From NCBI RefSeq assembly GCF_947568905.1, contig NC_079168.1, positions 64,046,001-64,110,000 on the forward strand: 64,000 nt of DNA, given 5' to 3'. Source of the stretch: Ostrea edulis. Taxonomy: Eukaryota. Below the pieces are notes generated by a model. It did no database searches. It was given only the letters and a program-made list of their open reading frames with translations, and was not told where the DNA came from. The translations under genes were made by a program, and so were the position numbers. Shown here in pieces: positions 63,397 through 64,000 of this stretch (its first letter is position 1; the number at the start of each line of letters is the position of its first letter).

Positions 63397-64000
63397 TCAC
63401 TCTTCTGTACAGTGAGGACAGAAAAACGAGTCATTCCTTCTAACAAATCTCACAGGTGAGCAGTAAATTAAATGAACCCAGTGGTTACATCTGTCACACT
63501 GTGCCCATTTGGTAAACACTAAAGAAACACAATTCTTGATCTGTTCCGGTTGCCATCTGTGACAAATGCAACAAAGCTTCGATGGATCTCTGTTCTCAGT
63601 GTCACTGTCCGAGTCACTATTGGCATCATCAAAAATCAAATTTATAGCTGATGGCCCTGGTTGTTGAGTGTCATCAATGAAAACAATTTCCTTTTTTGGT
63701 TTGGCTTTCCTCACACTGGTTGACTTTTTCCCCGTGTGATCCTTTCTGAATTCTTTCGTGCTCCACCATTTTCTCAATTACTCCATCAGAAATTTCCTTC
63801 CCTGCCACTATCTGTTTTTCTCTCCTTGCGAACTGAATCACTCTTTACGTCCTTCAAGTGTTTCTCTTTGTTCACTAATTCCATTACAAGGCCCCTGTCT
63901 TCTTCCTCAGTATCTGAATTGCCATTATCATTGTGTGTACATGTATTCGTTTTAACTTAGAGTGGAGTTTACATCAGGGTTGATTTGTTTGAACACCTCC
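63397..64000 (-). pseudogene. Probable transposase C-terminus (pogo-like) ending in a PHD-type finger; runs off the window
   Basis: CCIC...WAQCDRCNHWVHLIYC...FFCPHC*; upstream IVAGKEIS and basic/acidic linker with frameshifts. The pogo assignment is from recollection of similar elements. Confidence 0.55.

Overview
Eukaryotic, AT-rich, repeat-dense DNA. The repeat families (Cg170-like ~166-bp satellite inside Helentron-type elements, (ATCA)n-tailed SINEs, Penelope-like RT) point to a bivalve, probably an oyster; this is recognition from memory, not a database result. Two host genes were reconstructed by hand. (1) A 7-exon + strand gene (42820-58100, 408 aa): signal peptide, JmjC/cupin 2-oxoglutarate oxygenase domain with intact H-x-D...H triad, one EF-hand and C-terminal HDEL. 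All intron phases fit. (2) A 2-exon adhesion-GPCR-like gene (about 26687-30110) carrying two in-frame TGA codons, both at expected Cys positions, plus apparent frameshifts; probably a pseudogene. Most striking: two intronic tandem arrays in the JmjC gene (43 bp x ~88, 40 bp x ~23) each start across an exon end and multiply the 5' splice site, and the two units share three motifs in the same order, including CRE/UPRE-like TTACGTCA/TCACGTCA. The rest is LINE, SINE, MITE and DNA-transposon remnants, several nested, plus spacerless palindromes. No rRNA, intact tRNA gene or CRISPR array was found. All coordinates were read by eye and element edges may be off by a few bases.
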